NCBI GenBank assembly: GCA_964492485.1
Contig: CAZBKM010000006.1
Coordinates: 18,932-82,931 of the forward strand
Direction of reading: 5' to 3'
DNA from: an uncultured Hyphomonadaceae bacterium
GTDB lineage: Bacteria > Pseudomonadota > Alphaproteobacteria > Caulobacterales > Hyphomonadaceae
DNA length: 64,000 nucleotides
Notes under the pieces: model-generated
The model's input: only the letters and a program-made list of their open reading frames with translations
Told to the model about the DNA's origin: nothing
Databases searched by the model: none
Shown here: positions 47,240 to 57,321 of the stretch, one piece after another
How the letters are laid out: each line of letters begins with the position of its first letter
Position numbering within the stretch: position 1 is the stretch's first letter
Translations under genes and position numbers: made by a program

Positions 47240-49398
47240 CGGTGTTTCCCGACTTCACCCGCCTCGAGCTCGAACGTCCGGCGGCCAGCCGCGGAACGCC
47301 CGCGGGACATGACGGAGCCTGGACCACACCGGAGGGAATAGACGTGCGCCCGGCCTATGCCGCCGCCGACACGGCAGGACTCGACTTCCTGCACGACTTT
47401 CCGGGTCTCGCTCCGTTCGGGCGGGGCCCCTATCCCACGATGTATACCCAGCGGCCCTGGACGCTGCGCCAGTATGCCGGCTTCTCCACCGCAGAGGAGT
47501 CCAACGCCTTCTATAGGCGCAACCTGGCGGCCGGACAGAAGGGGCTGTCGGTCGCCTTCGACCTGGCGACCCATCGGGGTTATGATTCAGACCATCCGCG
47601 GGTGGCAGGCGATGTCGGCATGGCCGGCGTGGCCATCGATTCGATCCTCGACATGCGGACACTGTTCGCGGGCATTCCGCTCGATCAGATGTCGGTGTCC
47701 ATGACCATGAACGGCGCGGTGTTGCCGGTCATGGCCCTCTATATCGTCGCCGCCGAGGAACAGGGGGTCTCGCCGCAGCAGCTCTCGGGCACGATCCAGA
47801 ACGACATCCTCAAGGAATTCATGGTGCGGAACACCTACATCTATCCGCCCAAACCCTCGATGAGGATCATCTCCGACATCTTCGCCTATACGTCGGAAAA
47901 CATGCCGCGCTTCAACTCCATCTCGATCAGCGGCTATCACATGCAGGAAGCCGGCGCGACGGCGGACCTGGAGCTGGCCTACACCCTGGCCGACGGCATC
48001 GAATACATCCGTGCGGGGCTCGGCGCAGGCCTGTCGATCGACCAGTTCGCCCCGCGCCTGTCCTTCTTCTGGGCCATCGGCATGAACACCTTCATGGAGG
48101 TGGCGAAGCTGCGGGCCGCGCGCCTGCTCTGGGCGAATCTCGTCAAGGCGTTCGATCCGAAATCCGACAAGTCGCTCAGCCTGCGGACCCATTCCCAGAC
48201 GTCCGGCTGGTCGCTGACGGCGCAGGACGTGTACAACAATGTCGTCCGCACTTGCCTGGAAGCCATCGCGGCGGTGGGCGGCCAAACCCAGAGCCTGCAC
48301 ACGAACAGCTTCGACGAAGCCCTTGCCCTGCCGACAGATTTTTCCGCCCGGATCTCGCGCAACACGCAACTCTTCCTGCAGCAGGAAGCCGGCGCCTGCC
48401 AGACGATCGACCCCTGGGGCGGGGCCTATTATGTCGAGCGGCTGACCCACGACCTGGCCGCCCGCGCCATGGCCCACATTCGCGAGGTCGAGGAGATGGG
48501 CGGCATGGCCAAGGCGATCGAGGAGGGGCTGCCCAAGCTGCGGATCGAGGAAGCCGCCGCCCATACCCAGGCCCGCATCGACAGCGGCGCCCAGACGGTG
48601 GTGGGCGTGAACAAGTTCCCGCTTGAAGGTCCCGAAGACGTGCCGGTCCTGAAGGTCGACAACGCGACCGTCCGGCGGATGCAGCTCGACAAGCTCGACC
48701 GGCTGAGGGCCGAACGCAACCAGGCCGATGTCGACGCCGCCCTCCAGGCCCTGACCCGCGCCGCACAGAGCGGTGAGGGCAACCTCTTGGCGCTGGCCGT
48801 CGAGGCCGGGCGCGCCAAGGCGACGGTCGGTGAGATTTCCGGCGCCATCGAACGGGCCACCGGCCGCCATGAGGCGGTGATCCGGTCGCTGAAGGGGGTC
48901 TACGGTCCGGGCGTTGCGGGGACGGATCGCGCCCGCGAGGCGACCGAGCGGGCCGAGGCCTTTGCCAGGCGCCACGGCCGCAAGCCGCGCATCTACATCG
49001 CCAAGATGGGACAGGACGGCCACGACCGGGGCCAGAAAGTCGTCGCGTCCGCCCTGATGGATCTGGGCTGGGAGGTCGAGATCGGTCCGCTGTTCCAGTC
49101 GCCGGAGGAAGCCGCCCGCGCCGCCCGCGCGGCGAACGTGGACATCGTCGCGGCCTCCTCCCTGGCGGCCGGGCATCTGACGCTGGTGCCGGAGCTGCGC
49201 CGGGCGTTGGGCAATGAAGGCGCCATGACGACGAAGATCGTGGTGGGCGGCGTTATCCCGCCCCAGGATTTCGACGCCCTCTATACCGCCGGTGCCAGCG
49301 CCATCTTCCCGCCAGGTACGGTCATCGCGGACTCCGCGGTACGGATGCTGGAAACGCTGGAGGCTGACGACGCCCCCGCCGGGCAGGCCGCAGAATAG
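47236..49398 (+). CDS. mutB: Methylmalonyl-CoA mutase large (alpha) subunit
   Basis: [43 protein letters not shown]12-binding domain [13 protein letters not shown]. Confidence 0.97.
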   Translation: MTVFPDFTRLELERPAASRGTPAGHDGAWTTPEGIDVRPAYAAADTAGLDFLHDFPGLAPFGRGPYPTMYTQRPWTLRQYAGFSTAEESNAFYRRNLAAGQKGLSVAFDLATHRGYDSDHPRVAGDVGMAGVAIDSILDMRTLFAGIPLDQMSVSMTMNGAVLPVMALYIVAAEEQGVSPQQLSGTIQNDILKEFMVRNTYIYPPKPSMRIISDIFAYTSENMPRFNSISISGYHMQEAGATADLELAYTLADGIEYIRAGLGAGLSIDQFAPRLSFFWAIGMNTFMEVAKLRAARLLWANLVKAFDPKSDKSLSLRTHSQTSGWSLTAQDVYNNVVRTCLEAIAAVGGQTQSLHTNSFDEALALPTDFSARISRNTQLFLQQEAGACQTIDPWGGAYYVERLTHDLAARAMAHIREVEEMGGMAKAIEEGLPKLRIEEAAAHTQARIDSGAQTVVGVNKFPLEGPEDVPVLKVDNATVRRMQLDKLDRLRAERNQADVDAALQALTRAAQSGEGNLLALAVEAGRAKATVGEISGAIERATGRHEAVIRSLKGVYGPGVAGTDRAREATERAEAFARRHGRKPRIYIAKMGQDGHDRGQKVVASALMDLGWEVEIGPLFQSPEEAARAARAANVDIVAASSLAAGHLTLVPELRRALGNEGAMTTKIVVGGVIPPQDFDALYTAGASAIFPPGTVIADSAVRMLETLEADDAPAGQAAE

Positions 49399-49470
49399 GC
49401 GCGCGGGCCCTCTCCCCGCGTACCGGGCCCGCCCCCATATCCCGTCCAGCGAACAGGACAGGAGCGCACG

Positions 49471-49791
49471 ATGTTGATCAGCACCGCCCATTCCGTGGAA
49501 GGCAGGACGGTTGCCGAGTATCTGGGTCTCGTGACCGGAGAGGCGATCATCGGTGCGCATCTCTTCAAGGATCTCTTCGCCGGCATCCGCGACCTGGTGG
49601 GTGGGCGCTCGCAGGCTTATGAGTCGACCATTCGGGAGGCGCGCGATGCGGCCGTTGCCGACATGCAGGCCGAAGCGGAGCGGCGCGGCGGCAATGCCGT
49701 CATCGGCGTCGACATCGACTATGAAGTCGTCGGCCAGGGCGGCTCGATGATGATGGTGTCGGTCTCGGGCACCGCTGTCCGCCTGAAATGA
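49471..49791 (+). CDS. YbjQ (UPF0145) family protein
   Basis: 106 aa. [25 protein letters not shown]...[13 protein letters not shown]. Confidence 0.85.
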   Translation: MLISTAHSVEGRTVAEYLGLVTGEAIIGAHLFKDLFAGIRDLVGGRSQAYESTIREARDAAVADMQAEAERRGGNAVIGVDIDYEVVGQGGSMMMVSVSGTAVRLK

Positions 49792-50222
49792 GCAGGCCGG
49801 CCTGGGGCACGCCCCCGTCCTGCACCGACGTGCTGGCGCTGGCCGAAGCGGCGTTCGACGCCCTACCCCAGGCCATGCGCGACGCTGCCAGCCGGATCGA
49901 GATCCGGGTGGACGAATTCGCCGACGAGGCGGTTCTGGCCGAGTTCGGGCTGCACGATCCGTTCGAGCTGACCGGTCTCTATCAGGGCGTCCCCCTGACC
50001 GAGGACCCCATCAGCGATCCCAGCCCGGACCAGCCGCGCATCTGGCTCTACCGTCGACCCATCCTCGACGAGTGGGCCCAGCGTGGCGACGTCGCCTTCG
50101 AGACGCTCGTCGCCCACGTGCTGATCCATGAACTGGGTCACCATTTCGGCTGGTCGGACGCCGCGATGGACGCCGCGCTCGCAGCCGCCGAGGTCGAGGC
50201 GGAGGCGGAAACCGGCCACTGA
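49788..50222 (+). CDS. Metallopeptidase family protein (DUF1025, zincin-like)
   Basis: HELGHHFG motif. ATGA overlap with ybjQ. Confidence 0.75.
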   Translation: MSRPAWGTPPSCTDVLALAEAAFDALPQAMRDAASRIEIRVDEFADEAVLAEFGLHDPFELTGLYQGVPLTEDPISDPSPDQPRIWLYRRPILDEWAQRGDVAFETLVAHVLIHELGHHFGWSDAAMDAALAAAEVEAEAETGH

Positions 50223-50291
50223 CCCCTTCCCCTTGCGCGCGCCTCGCGCAAGACTGGCGCGGCAAACATCGAGTGTCGCGGGGAGGGTTGG

Positions 50292-51734
50292 ATGGACGAT
50301 TATGAACACCTGGATGCCATGGGCCTGGCCGAACGGGTCCGCGCCCGTGACGTGTCGGCCGAGGACTTGCTCGAGGCCGCCCTGACCCGGGCCGAGCGGG
50401 CCCAGGCCCGCTACAATTGCTTTACAGGGCTGTTCGAGGATGCGGCGCGGCGCCAGATCGCCGCCGGTCTCGGCGACGGACCCCTGGCCGGGGTGCCGTT
50501 CGCAACGAAGGATCTGGGCGTCAAGATCGCCGGTCTGCCGCTGACCAACGGGTCGCGCGCCTTCAGGGATCAGGTGGCAGATGCCGACAGCGAGATCGTG
50601 CGCCGCTACCGGGCCGCGGGACTGGTGTTGATGGGGCAGACGACGAGCCCGGAATTCGGCCTCACCACATCCACCGAAAGCGCCCTTTACGGGCGGACGC
50701 TGAACCCGTGGGATGAGACGCGCAGTTCGGGCGGCTCGTCCGGCGGGGCTTCCAGCTCCGTGGCAGCCGGGGTCCTGCCCATGGCCCAGGCAAGCGATGG
50801 CGGCGGATCGATCCGTATCCCGGCCGCCTGCACCGGCCTGGTCGGCCTGAAGCCCTCGCGGGGGCGCGTGCCCATGGGGCCGGGCAAGACGGAAAGCTGG
50901 AACGGCTTTTCGACGGTTCACTGTGTCTCCCGCTCCGTCCGCGATACCGCTGCCCTGCTCGACGTCACCCATGGGATCGAGCCTGGCGCACGCAGTACCG
51001 CGCCCGCTCCGGAGGAGACCTTCCTCGCCGCTGCTGCGCGCACGCCACGCCCGCTGCGGATCGCCCTGTGGCGGACCGCACCAAACGGGACAGTCCCTGA
51101 CGCCGAAGCCACGTCCGGCCTGGAAGCCACGGCCCGACTGCTGGAATCGCTGGGCCATACGGTCGAGGAGGCCGCACCGGCTCTCGACGGCGAGGCCCTG
51201 GGCAAGGCCCAGCTCATGGTCATTGCCGCAGCCATGGCGGCGACCGCGGACGCGCGCGCACGGGAGCTTGGCGGAGATCTGGCCGAAGATGCGTTCGAGC
51301 CCGTGAGTTGGCGCTTCATCGAACTCGGGCGCACCGTGCCGATGATGGAACTGGTCAAGGCCGACGAGGCCTGCATGCAGGCAGCCGACACCTATGATCG
51401 GTTCCTGACGGAGCAGGGCTTCGATCTCGTACTGGCGCCGACCCTGGCGCGGGCGCCGGAACGCCTGGGCGTCCTGTCCCTGGCGCCGGACGATTTTGAC
51501 GCCTATGGCGCTGCGATCACAAGCTATGCCCCCTGGTGCGGCCTGTTCAACCAGACCGGGGCGCCCGCCATCTCCCTGCCGCTGCACTGGACCGCAGCCA
51601 CGGATACGGCACCGGAGGGCCTGCCGCTTGGCATGATGTTCGGTGCCCGCTATGGGGCGGAAGGCCTGCTTCTGTCGCTGGCAGGACAACTTGAAACCGC
51701 AAGCCCCTGGGCGGCCCGCAGGCCACGCGGATAG
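50292..51734 (+). CDS. Amidase (amidase-signature family)
   Basis: GGSSGGASSSVAAG...ASDGGGSIRIPAA. Confidence 0.9.
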   Translation: MDDYEHLDAMGLAERVRARDVSAEDLLEAALTRAERAQARYNCFTGLFEDAARRQIAAGLGDGPLAGVPFATKDLGVKIAGLPLTNGSRAFRDQVADADSEIVRRYRAAGLVLMGQTTSPEFGLTTSTESALYGRTLNPWDETRSSGGSSGGASSSVAAGVLPMAQASDGGGSIRIPAACTGLVGLKPSRGRVPMGPGKTESWNGFSTVHCVSRSVRDTAALLDVTHGIEPGARSTAPAPEETFLAAAARTPRPLRIALWRTAPNGTVPDAEATSGLEATARLLESLGHTVEEAAPALDGEALGKAQLMVIAAAMAATADARARELGGDLAEDAFEPVSWRFIELGRTVPMMELVKADEACMQAADTYDRFLTEQGFDLVLAPTLARAPERLGVLSLAPDDFDAYGAAITSYAPWCGLFNQTGAPAISLPLHWTAATDTAPEGLPLGMMFGARYGAEGLLLSLAGQLETASPWAARRPRG

Positions 51735-51775
51735 GTGGACCGGCGGGTGCCCTGTCAATCCGGAGCCCGTCGGCC

Positions 51776-52174
51776 ATGACCGAGCCCATGACCGTGCAGT
51801 CCGGCGGTTGCCATTGCGGCGCCGTCCGCTTCGAGGTGGACCTGCCACCCCGCATCGAGGCGGAGGACTGCAATTGTTCCATCTGTGCAATGAGCGGCAA
51901 CATCCACGTGATCGTCCCGTCCAGCCGGTTCCGGCTGCTCAGCGGTGACGCGCAGCTCACCGAATACCGCTTCAACACCGGTCGCGCACGCCATCTGTTC
52001 TGTTCCAGATGCGGTGTGAAAAGCTTCTACATTCCGCGCTCGAATCCCGACGGCGTGGCGGTGACCTATCGCTGCCTCGACGACTGGCGTGCACTCGATG
52101 TGCGAATTGCGCCGTTCGACGGCGTCAACTGGGAGGCAAACGCCGCACGGCTCGCTCACAAGTCAAAGGGATAA
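51776..52174 (+). CDS. GFA family protein (glutathione-dependent formaldehyde-activating-like)
   Basis: Cys pattern GGCHCGAVRF, CNCSIC and FCSRCG. Confidence 0.85.
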   Translation: MTEPMTVQSGGCHCGAVRFEVDLPPRIEAEDCNCSICAMSGNIHVIVPSSRFRLLSGDAQLTEYRFNTGRARHLFCSRCGVKSFYIPRSNPDGVAVTYRCLDDWRALDVRIAPFDGVNWEANAARLAHKSKG

Positions 52175-52184
52175 GACCGCCGCG

Positions 52185-52670
52185 TCAGGGATCCTGCGGC
52201 GGTCGGCGAAACCGCTGGCGAGAGTCGCCCTGGCCGATCGCCCTGGCGAGGGCGGCGCGCTGGTCAGGTTCCAGGCGGCTCATCTGCTCGACCAGGGCCG
52301 TCTGAAGGGCCCGGTCAAGTTCCATCCGCGTCTGGCGCAGATCCTCGAAGGCCGCCTCGAGGGCTGCGCGGTCGAACGGCTCCGCCCGCAGCGTCTCAAC
52401 CAGCGCGATCTGGGCGTTCCGGTGGGCAAGACGCGCCTGGCGCGCCTCGCGCAGGGTTGCCACGAAGGCCCGGCGGATGGCCTGGCGCGCCTCGGGACTG
52501 GCCTCGGCAATCGCAGTCCGGGCCATGCGAAGTTCCGGCCCCGGCGGCGGGGGCGCCGGAGGCCCGCCCCGCTCTCCGAGCACCAGTCCGGCGATCAGGC
52601 CGACCAGCACCAGGTTCAGCATCAGCGCGCCCCAGAGCATGTAGGGACGGCGCGGTCTCGTCTCGCTCAT
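52185..52670 (-). CDS. Periplasmic heavy-metal-sensor-like protein (CnrX / Spy-like helical)
   Basis: N-terminal TM, then a helical Arg/Ala/Glu-rich domain ...LAHRNAQIALVETLRAEPFDRAALEAAFEDLRQTRMELDRAL... Has a 4-nt overlap with the anti-sigma gene. Confidence 0.6.
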   Translation of the reverse strand: MSETRPRRPYMLWGALMLNLVLVGLIAGLVLGERGGPPAPPPPGPELRMARTAIAEASPEARQAIRRAFVATLREARQARLAHRNAQIALVETLRAEPFDRAALEAAFEDLRQTRMELDRALQTALVEQMSRLEPDQRAALARAIGQGDSRQRFRRPPQDP

Positions 52671-53143
52671 TCATCGGCCTCCTCAAGCCAGGCCGTTCGA
52701 TCGTCCACGCCCAGAGCCGCGAGGACATAGGCCTCGCCAGTGTCGATCGCCTCACCCTGCGGCGTGGCCAGGCGCAGCCCGGCCACCAGTCCGATCGCCA
52801 GACAGGCAGCGGCCGCCAGCGCCGGCGCGGCAAACTGCCGGACACGTTGCCAGCCCGGCGGAAGGAGGCTTCCGGACGCGGGCGCGCTTGGGGCATCGGC
52901 CAGGATCCGGCTGGTGAGCCCCGGATCGGCATGGGGCACGCCGAGCCGTCCCAGGGCACGGTCAAGGGCGTCCGCCTCGGCCATCACGGCAGCCAGCTCA
53001 CGGCTGGGCAGCCTGCGGGCCCGCGCCAGCGCCTCGCGTCCGGCGTCTACCTCCCCGGCGGGCCAGCGCGACGGGTCGCTGCCATAGGCCTGAATCAGGG
53101 CGATCAGGCGCGCCTCGCTCATCTCGGTCTCAGCCATCATCAT
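52667..53143 (-). CDS. Anti-sigma factor (single TM)
   Basis: Assigned by position between the ECF sigma and sensor genes. Has a cytoplasmic N-terminal domain and TM segment FAAPALAAAACLAIGLVAGL. Confidence 0.55.
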   Translation of the reverse strand: MMMAETEMSEARLIALIQAYGSDPSRWPAGEVDAGREALARARRLPSRELAAVMAEADALDRALGRLGVPHADPGLTSRILADAPSAPASGSLLPPGWQRVRQFAAPALAAAACLAIGLVAGLRLATPQGEAIDTGEAYVLAALGVDDRTAWLEEADE

Positions 53144-53681
53144 CCTCCGCCCCGGGCATCAGGCGCGCGCGCAGGCGACGCCGCGCCCGGGCAAGCAGAC
53201 TTTCCAGCGCCTCGACGCTGACCTGCAATATCTCCGCCGCCTCGATATTGGTATGACCCTCCAGCGCGCACAGGGCCAGCGCCGCCTTCTGGCGCTCGGG
53301 CAGCTCCGCGACGGCGCGTTCGATCCGGGCCACGCGCTGGGCCTGATCGGCCGCGGCCGCCGGATCGAGCGCCGGATCCGGCCGCTCGGGCGGTTCGGCC
53401 AGCGTGATCAGCCGGCCCTGGCGCAAGCGGTCGAAGCACAGGTTCAGCGCCACCCGGTGCAACCAGGTCGACAGACGCGCCCGCGGCTCCCAGTCGGGCA
53501 GAACCTTCCAGGCGCGCAGGAAGGTCTCCTGGGTCACGTCCTCGGCCTCCGCCCGATCGCCGAGCATCCGGAAGGCGAGGGCATGAATGGCGGGCATATG
53601 CCGACGCACGAGTGCGGCCTGCGCCGCGCGATCGCCGCGGGCGGCCCGTCTGATCTGCTCGGCATCGGTGTCATTGTGCAC
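53130..53681 (-). CDS. ECF-type RNA polymerase sigma factor
   Basis: Region 2 AEDVTQETFLRAW...STWLHRVALNLCFD. Region 4 LPERQKAALALCALEGHTNIEAAEILQVSVEALESLLARAR. Start moved to GTG 53681 because the upstream part of the track ORF translates the module A repeats. Confidence 0.85.
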   Translation of the reverse strand: MHNDTDAEQIRRAARGDRAAQAALVRRHMPAIHALAFRMLGDRAEAEDVTQETFLRAWKVLPDWEPRARLSTWLHRVALNLCFDRLRQGRLITLAEPPERPDPALDPAAAADQAQRVARIERAVAELPERQKAALALCALEGHTNIEAAEILQVSVEALESLLARARRRLRARLMPGAEDDDG

Positions 53682-53694
53682 GCGTGACCTTACA

Positions 53695-53792
53695 GCGTTT
53701 CCAGGCGAAGTGGATCCCGGTTCGCCGTCCGGAAACGCGAATCGGCAAGCGTTTCCAGGCGAAGTGGATCCCGGTTCGCCGTTCCGACACGC
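53695..53792 (-). repeat. 2 x module A hairpin repeat (second copy with degenerate outer stem)
   Basis: Plus strand GCGTTTCCAGGCGAAGTGGATCCCGGTTCGCCGTCCGGAAACGC at 53695-53738. Second copy at 53749-53792, with a 54-nt period. Confidence 0.9.
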
Positions 53793-53955
53793 GGGAGTCA
53801 AGCGATCCGGGCCGCGTCGCCCGAGACGGATGGGGGCCGGGAGCGGACGCGGTGGTGGGGAGGTACACACCACCCCGCCACCCCCGGCCCGGGACACGGG
53901 CAAGGCTGGTATGGGGTCGGTTCGCGACCGGCGGGGTTCACCGGCCGGGACCAGC

Positions 53956-54444
53956 CTAGTCCGCCTCCGTCCAGCGCGGGTTACGTTCCCCGCGAGCCGC
54001 CTTCATCCGGTCCCTCGCCGCCTCGCGCTCTTCCGCGGTGATGGTGCCGTCCCCATCGGTATCGAGCCGGTCGAAGATCCGGTCCTCCGGGCCGCCGAAC
54101 TCGTCGGGGCCAATGGCGCCATCGCCGTTCGCATCCATGGTCTCGAATGCGGCGTCCCGGCGACGCATCTTTCGGGTTTCCCGGCGCATCTCGCCAAAGG
54201 CTTCCAGCTCTGCGCGGGTCAGTTGCCCGTCGCCGTCGGTGTCGGCCTCGGCAAACCGGGCCTGGCGGACGGCCTCCACCTCATCCTTGGTGATGGCGCC
54301 ATCGCCATCGGTATCGAGCCGGGCGAGTGGATCCTCCGGCGGTTGCGGCGGGGCTGGCTGGGCCATGGCCGGGGCAGCCAGCGACAGGGTGACCGCGCCG
54401 GCGGCCGCAAGCAGGGTCAGTCGAATTGGGGTCAGTCTGGTCAT
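53956..54444 (-). CDS. Periplasmic EF-hand calcium-binding protein (4 EF loops)
   Basis: Start at MTRLTPIRLTLLAAAGAVTLSLAAPAMA/QP (AGGAG upstream). Loops DTDGDGAITKDE, DTDGDGQLTRAE, DANGDGAIGPDE and DTDGDGTITAEE. Confidence 0.85.
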   Translation of the reverse strand: MTRLTPIRLTLLAAAGAVTLSLAAPAMAQPAPPQPPEDPLARLDTDGDGAITKDEVEAVRQARFAEADTDGDGQLTRAELEAFGEMRRETRKMRRRDAAFETMDANGDGAIGPDEFGGPEDRIFDRLDTDGDGTITAEEREAARDRMKAARGERNPRWTEAD

Positions 54445-54490
54445 CAGAGGCTCCTGTGTCTGTCCTGAGCCCCCTTTGAACGCGCCGACG

Positions 54491-57301
54491 TCAGCTTTCC
54501 GTCGCGGGCGGTGGAAGTTTTTTTCGGTGCAGCGCCGCAGCGGCCCCCATATCCGCCGCCAGCCTGGCAACCAGCCCGTCGAATGTCTCGACGCCCGCCG
54601 CCCAGCAAAGCCGGTCGCGCAGCCCATCCGACAGGGCAGAGGTCTGCACATCCTCGCCAACCGCGAGGCGCAGCACCTGCTGGACCGCCTGGACCAGCGT
54701 CAGGGCCCGGGTCAGGATACCGGCCTCCTCCGCCGTAAGATGACCGGCCGCGCCCATTGTCGTGATCGCCTCGCGCGTGCCCGGGCGGACCAGCTCCGGA
54801 TCGCCGCTGACGAGAAGCGCGTGCTGGACGACGAATTCGATGTCCACGAGCCCACCCGGTGCGAATTTCAGATCCCAGGGGCCGGTCTCGGGCCTTTCGC
54901 GCCGCAGGCGCGCGCGCATGTCGACAATATCGGCGGTGATCGCGGCCCGGTCCGTCCGGCTGGCCAGGGCCGCGCGACCGAGGGCCAGCACCTTTTCACC
55001 CAGTGCTTCATCGCCGGCAACGGGCCGCATCCGGGTCAGCGCCATATGTTCCCAGGTCCAGGCCTCGTCGCGCTGATAGCGTTCGAAGGCCGGCAGGTGC
55101 ACCGCCACGGGTCCGGACCGTCCGGAGGGGCGCAGGCGCATGTCCACCTCATAGAGAATGCCTTCCGGGGTGGGGGCCGAGAGCGCCGTGATCAGCCTCT
55201 GGGTGTACTTCGCGAACCAGTGACGCGCTGCGCCGGCGGCGTCCGCCTCGTCCTCGGCGGCATATACCAAAAGCAGGTCCAGATCCGACCCGGCCGTCAT
55301 CTCCCGGCCACCCAGCTTGCCCATGCCGAGCACCGTATAGCGTCCAGGCGGCGGTCCGAAGCGCCGGATCGTCTCACGCTCTGCCGCCGCAGCCATGGCC
55401 TCGACCGTACGGTCGGCGAGCGCGGTCCAGGCGCCGGCGGCATCCACTGCATTGAGCCGTCCGTGGAGCAGCCGGTGCCCGATCAGAAAGACCTGGTCGC
55501 GATGGTGGCGGCGGGCCGTGTCCATAGCCTCGTCGAACGGGGTGTCGCACGGAATGTCGAGATCGCCGCCCTCGCCGCCATCGACCAGCGCCTCCAGCAG
55601 GACCGGCCGTTGAGCAAGACGGCTGGCCAGGCGCGGCGCCAGCGCCAGGGTCGCCACCAGATCATCGAGCAGCTCGCTTTCCGCCAGTAGCATGGACAGC
55701 GTCTGAACGCCCGTGCGCAACCCCTCGAAGAAGCTGGCGAAACGGGCGAAGGCAACGTCCGCCTCTCCGGTACGGCCCATGGCATCCAGCAGTTCGGGCA
55801 GGAGGGCGGTCAGCAATTGCTGGCCCCTCTGGGTCCGGGTCGCCGGCACGCCGCCCCGGTGCCAGTCGCGGATGGTGGAGATGATCTGGTCGGGCGCGCC
55901 AAACCCCAGCGCCTTGAGCGTGGTCAGCGTACCCGGATCGTTGTCGACGCCGGTGAACACCAGGTTTCCGCGAATGGCCGCCTGCGTCTTGCGCTCCTCT
56001 TCGGCGAACAGCGTGCGATAGGCGTCGTGCACGCGGGTGCGCACCGACACGAGCGCGGCATCGAACGCGGTCAGATCCGACCAGCCACACAGGGCGGCGA
56101 CGCGCGCACGCCTGTCGGGATCGGCCGGCAGGCTGTGGGTCTGGGCGTCCTCGAGCATCTGGATCCGGTGCTCGACCGCCCGCAGGTCGCGATAGGCTTC
56201 CGACAGGGTCTCCACCGTGGCCCCGTCCACCGCGCCTGCTGCACCGAGCGCGCGAAGCGCTCCGAGCGTCGTGGGATCGCGCAGGGCCGCATCCCGCCCG
56301 CCAAGGATGAGTTGCTGCGTCTGGGCAAAAAATTCGATCTCCCGGATGCCACCTGGTCCCAGCTTCACATCGGCGGCGACCGCGCCAAGGTCAGGGTCGC
56401 CAACATTGGCGTTGATCATCCGCTTGATTGCGTGGATGTCTGCAATGGCCCAATAGTCCAGATGCCGCCGCCAGACAAAGGGGCGCATGACCTCGAAGAA
56501 CGCATCGGCAGATGTGGCGTCGCCTGCACAGGTGCGCGCCTTGATCCAGACCATCCGCTCCCAGTTCTGGCCAAGGCTTTCGTAATACAGCTCCGCCATG
56601 CGGGTCGAAACCGCGATCGGTGTGGACCGCGGATCAGGCCGCAGGCGGAAATCGGTTCGGAAGACGTAGCCGTCGGCGGTCTGGCGCTCCATCAGGTCGA
56701 CCACGTCGCGACAGACCCTTGCCGCCGAGTCGCCCGGTCCCCGCTCGCCGCCCTCGAAGACATCCGGATCGTAATAGGCCGCCATGTCGACATCGCTGGA
56801 ATAATTGAGCTCATGCGCACCCATCTTCCCCAACGCCACCAGGAACAGGCCCCGGGAGGTGAGCGCGCGGCGCGCCAGGGCCGTGGCGAGCGCCGCCTGT
56901 ACCGTCGCGTCTGCGAGATCGGTCAAGGCCGCCGTGACGGTCTCGACCGGCCAGAAACCGGAGAGGTCGGCCAGCGCGATCATCAGATGCGCCCGGCGCT
57001 TGGCCCGGCGCAGCAGGGCGGCGGCCTCGTCGGGACACGGATCGGCGGCCAGCGCCCGGACATCGGCCAGGAGGGCGGCCAGCGCCTCCGGCACATCCTC
57101 GATGCCATCAAGGACGCCGTCGGGTACGCGGTTGGAGCCGGGGCCCTCGCTCTCGATCAGGCGGCGCAGATAAGGTGCGGCCGCAGACACGGTTTCGCAC
57201 AGACGGTCGAGGCCGCCCGGCAGGGGACGTACCAGGCTCGACCCTCCCGATTCGAAGGGCGCAAGAGCAAGCGGTCCGGTTCGGGGCGCGGTCGGGTCCA
57301 T
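54491..57301 (-). CDS. glnE: Bifunctional glutamine synthetase adenylyltransferase/adenylyl-removing enzyme
   Basis: About 936 aa with two nucleotidyltransferase halves. Start placed at ATG 57301 (MDPTAPRTG); the GTG at 57343 used in the track lies inside a module A repeat. Confidence 0.92.
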   Translation of the reverse strand: MDPTAPRTGPLALAPFESGGSSLVRPLPGGLDRLCETVSAAAPYLRRLIESEGPGSNRVPDGVLDGIEDVPEALAALLADVRALAADPCPDEAAALLRRAKRRAHLMIALADLSGFWPVETVTAALTDLADATVQAALATALARRALTSRGLFLVALGKMGAHELNYSSDVDMAAYYDPDVFEGGERGPGDSAARVCRDVVDLMERQTADGYVFRTDFRLRPDPRSTPIAVSTRMAELYYESLGQNWERMVWIKARTCAGDATSADAFFEVMRPFVWRRHLDYWAIADIHAIKRMINANVGDPDLGAVAADVKLGPGGIREIEFFAQTQQLILGGRDAALRDPTTLGALRALGAAGAVDGATVETLSEAYRDLRAVEHRIQMLEDAQTHSLPADPDRRARVAALCGWSDLTAFDAALVSVRTRVHDAYRTLFAEEERKTQAAIRGNLVFTGVDNDPGTLTTLKALGFGAPDQIISTIRDWHRGGVPATRTQRGQQLLTALLPELLDAMGRTGEADVAFARFASFFEGLRTGVQTLSMLLAESELLDDLVATLALAPRLASRLAQRPVLLEALVDGGEGGDLDIPCDTPFDEAMDTARRHHRDQVFLIGHRLLHGRLNAVDAAGAWTALADRTVEAMAAAAERETIRRFGPPPGRYTVLGMGKLGGREMTAGSDLDLLLVYAAEDEADAAGAARHWFAKYTQRLITALSAPTPEGILYEVDMRLRPSGRSGPVAVHLPAFERYQRDEAWTWEHMALTRMRPVAGDEALGEKVLALGRAALASRTDRAAITADIVDMRARLRRERPETGPWDLKFAPGGLVDIEFVVQHALLVSGDPELVRPGTREAITTMGAAGHLTAEEAGILTRALTLVQAVQQVLRLAVGEDVQTSALSDGLRDRLCWAAGVETFDGLVARLAADMGAAAALHRKKLPPPATES

Positions 57302-57321
57302 GTCCCCTTGTCGCCCTACAG

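Noticed and set aside
49403-49432. GC hairpin GCGGGCCC-N14-GGGCCCGC after mutB as an intrinsic terminator
   Set aside because: No U-tract follows (the next bases are CCCCATATCCCG), so I did not list it as a feature. It may still pause or stabilise the transcript.
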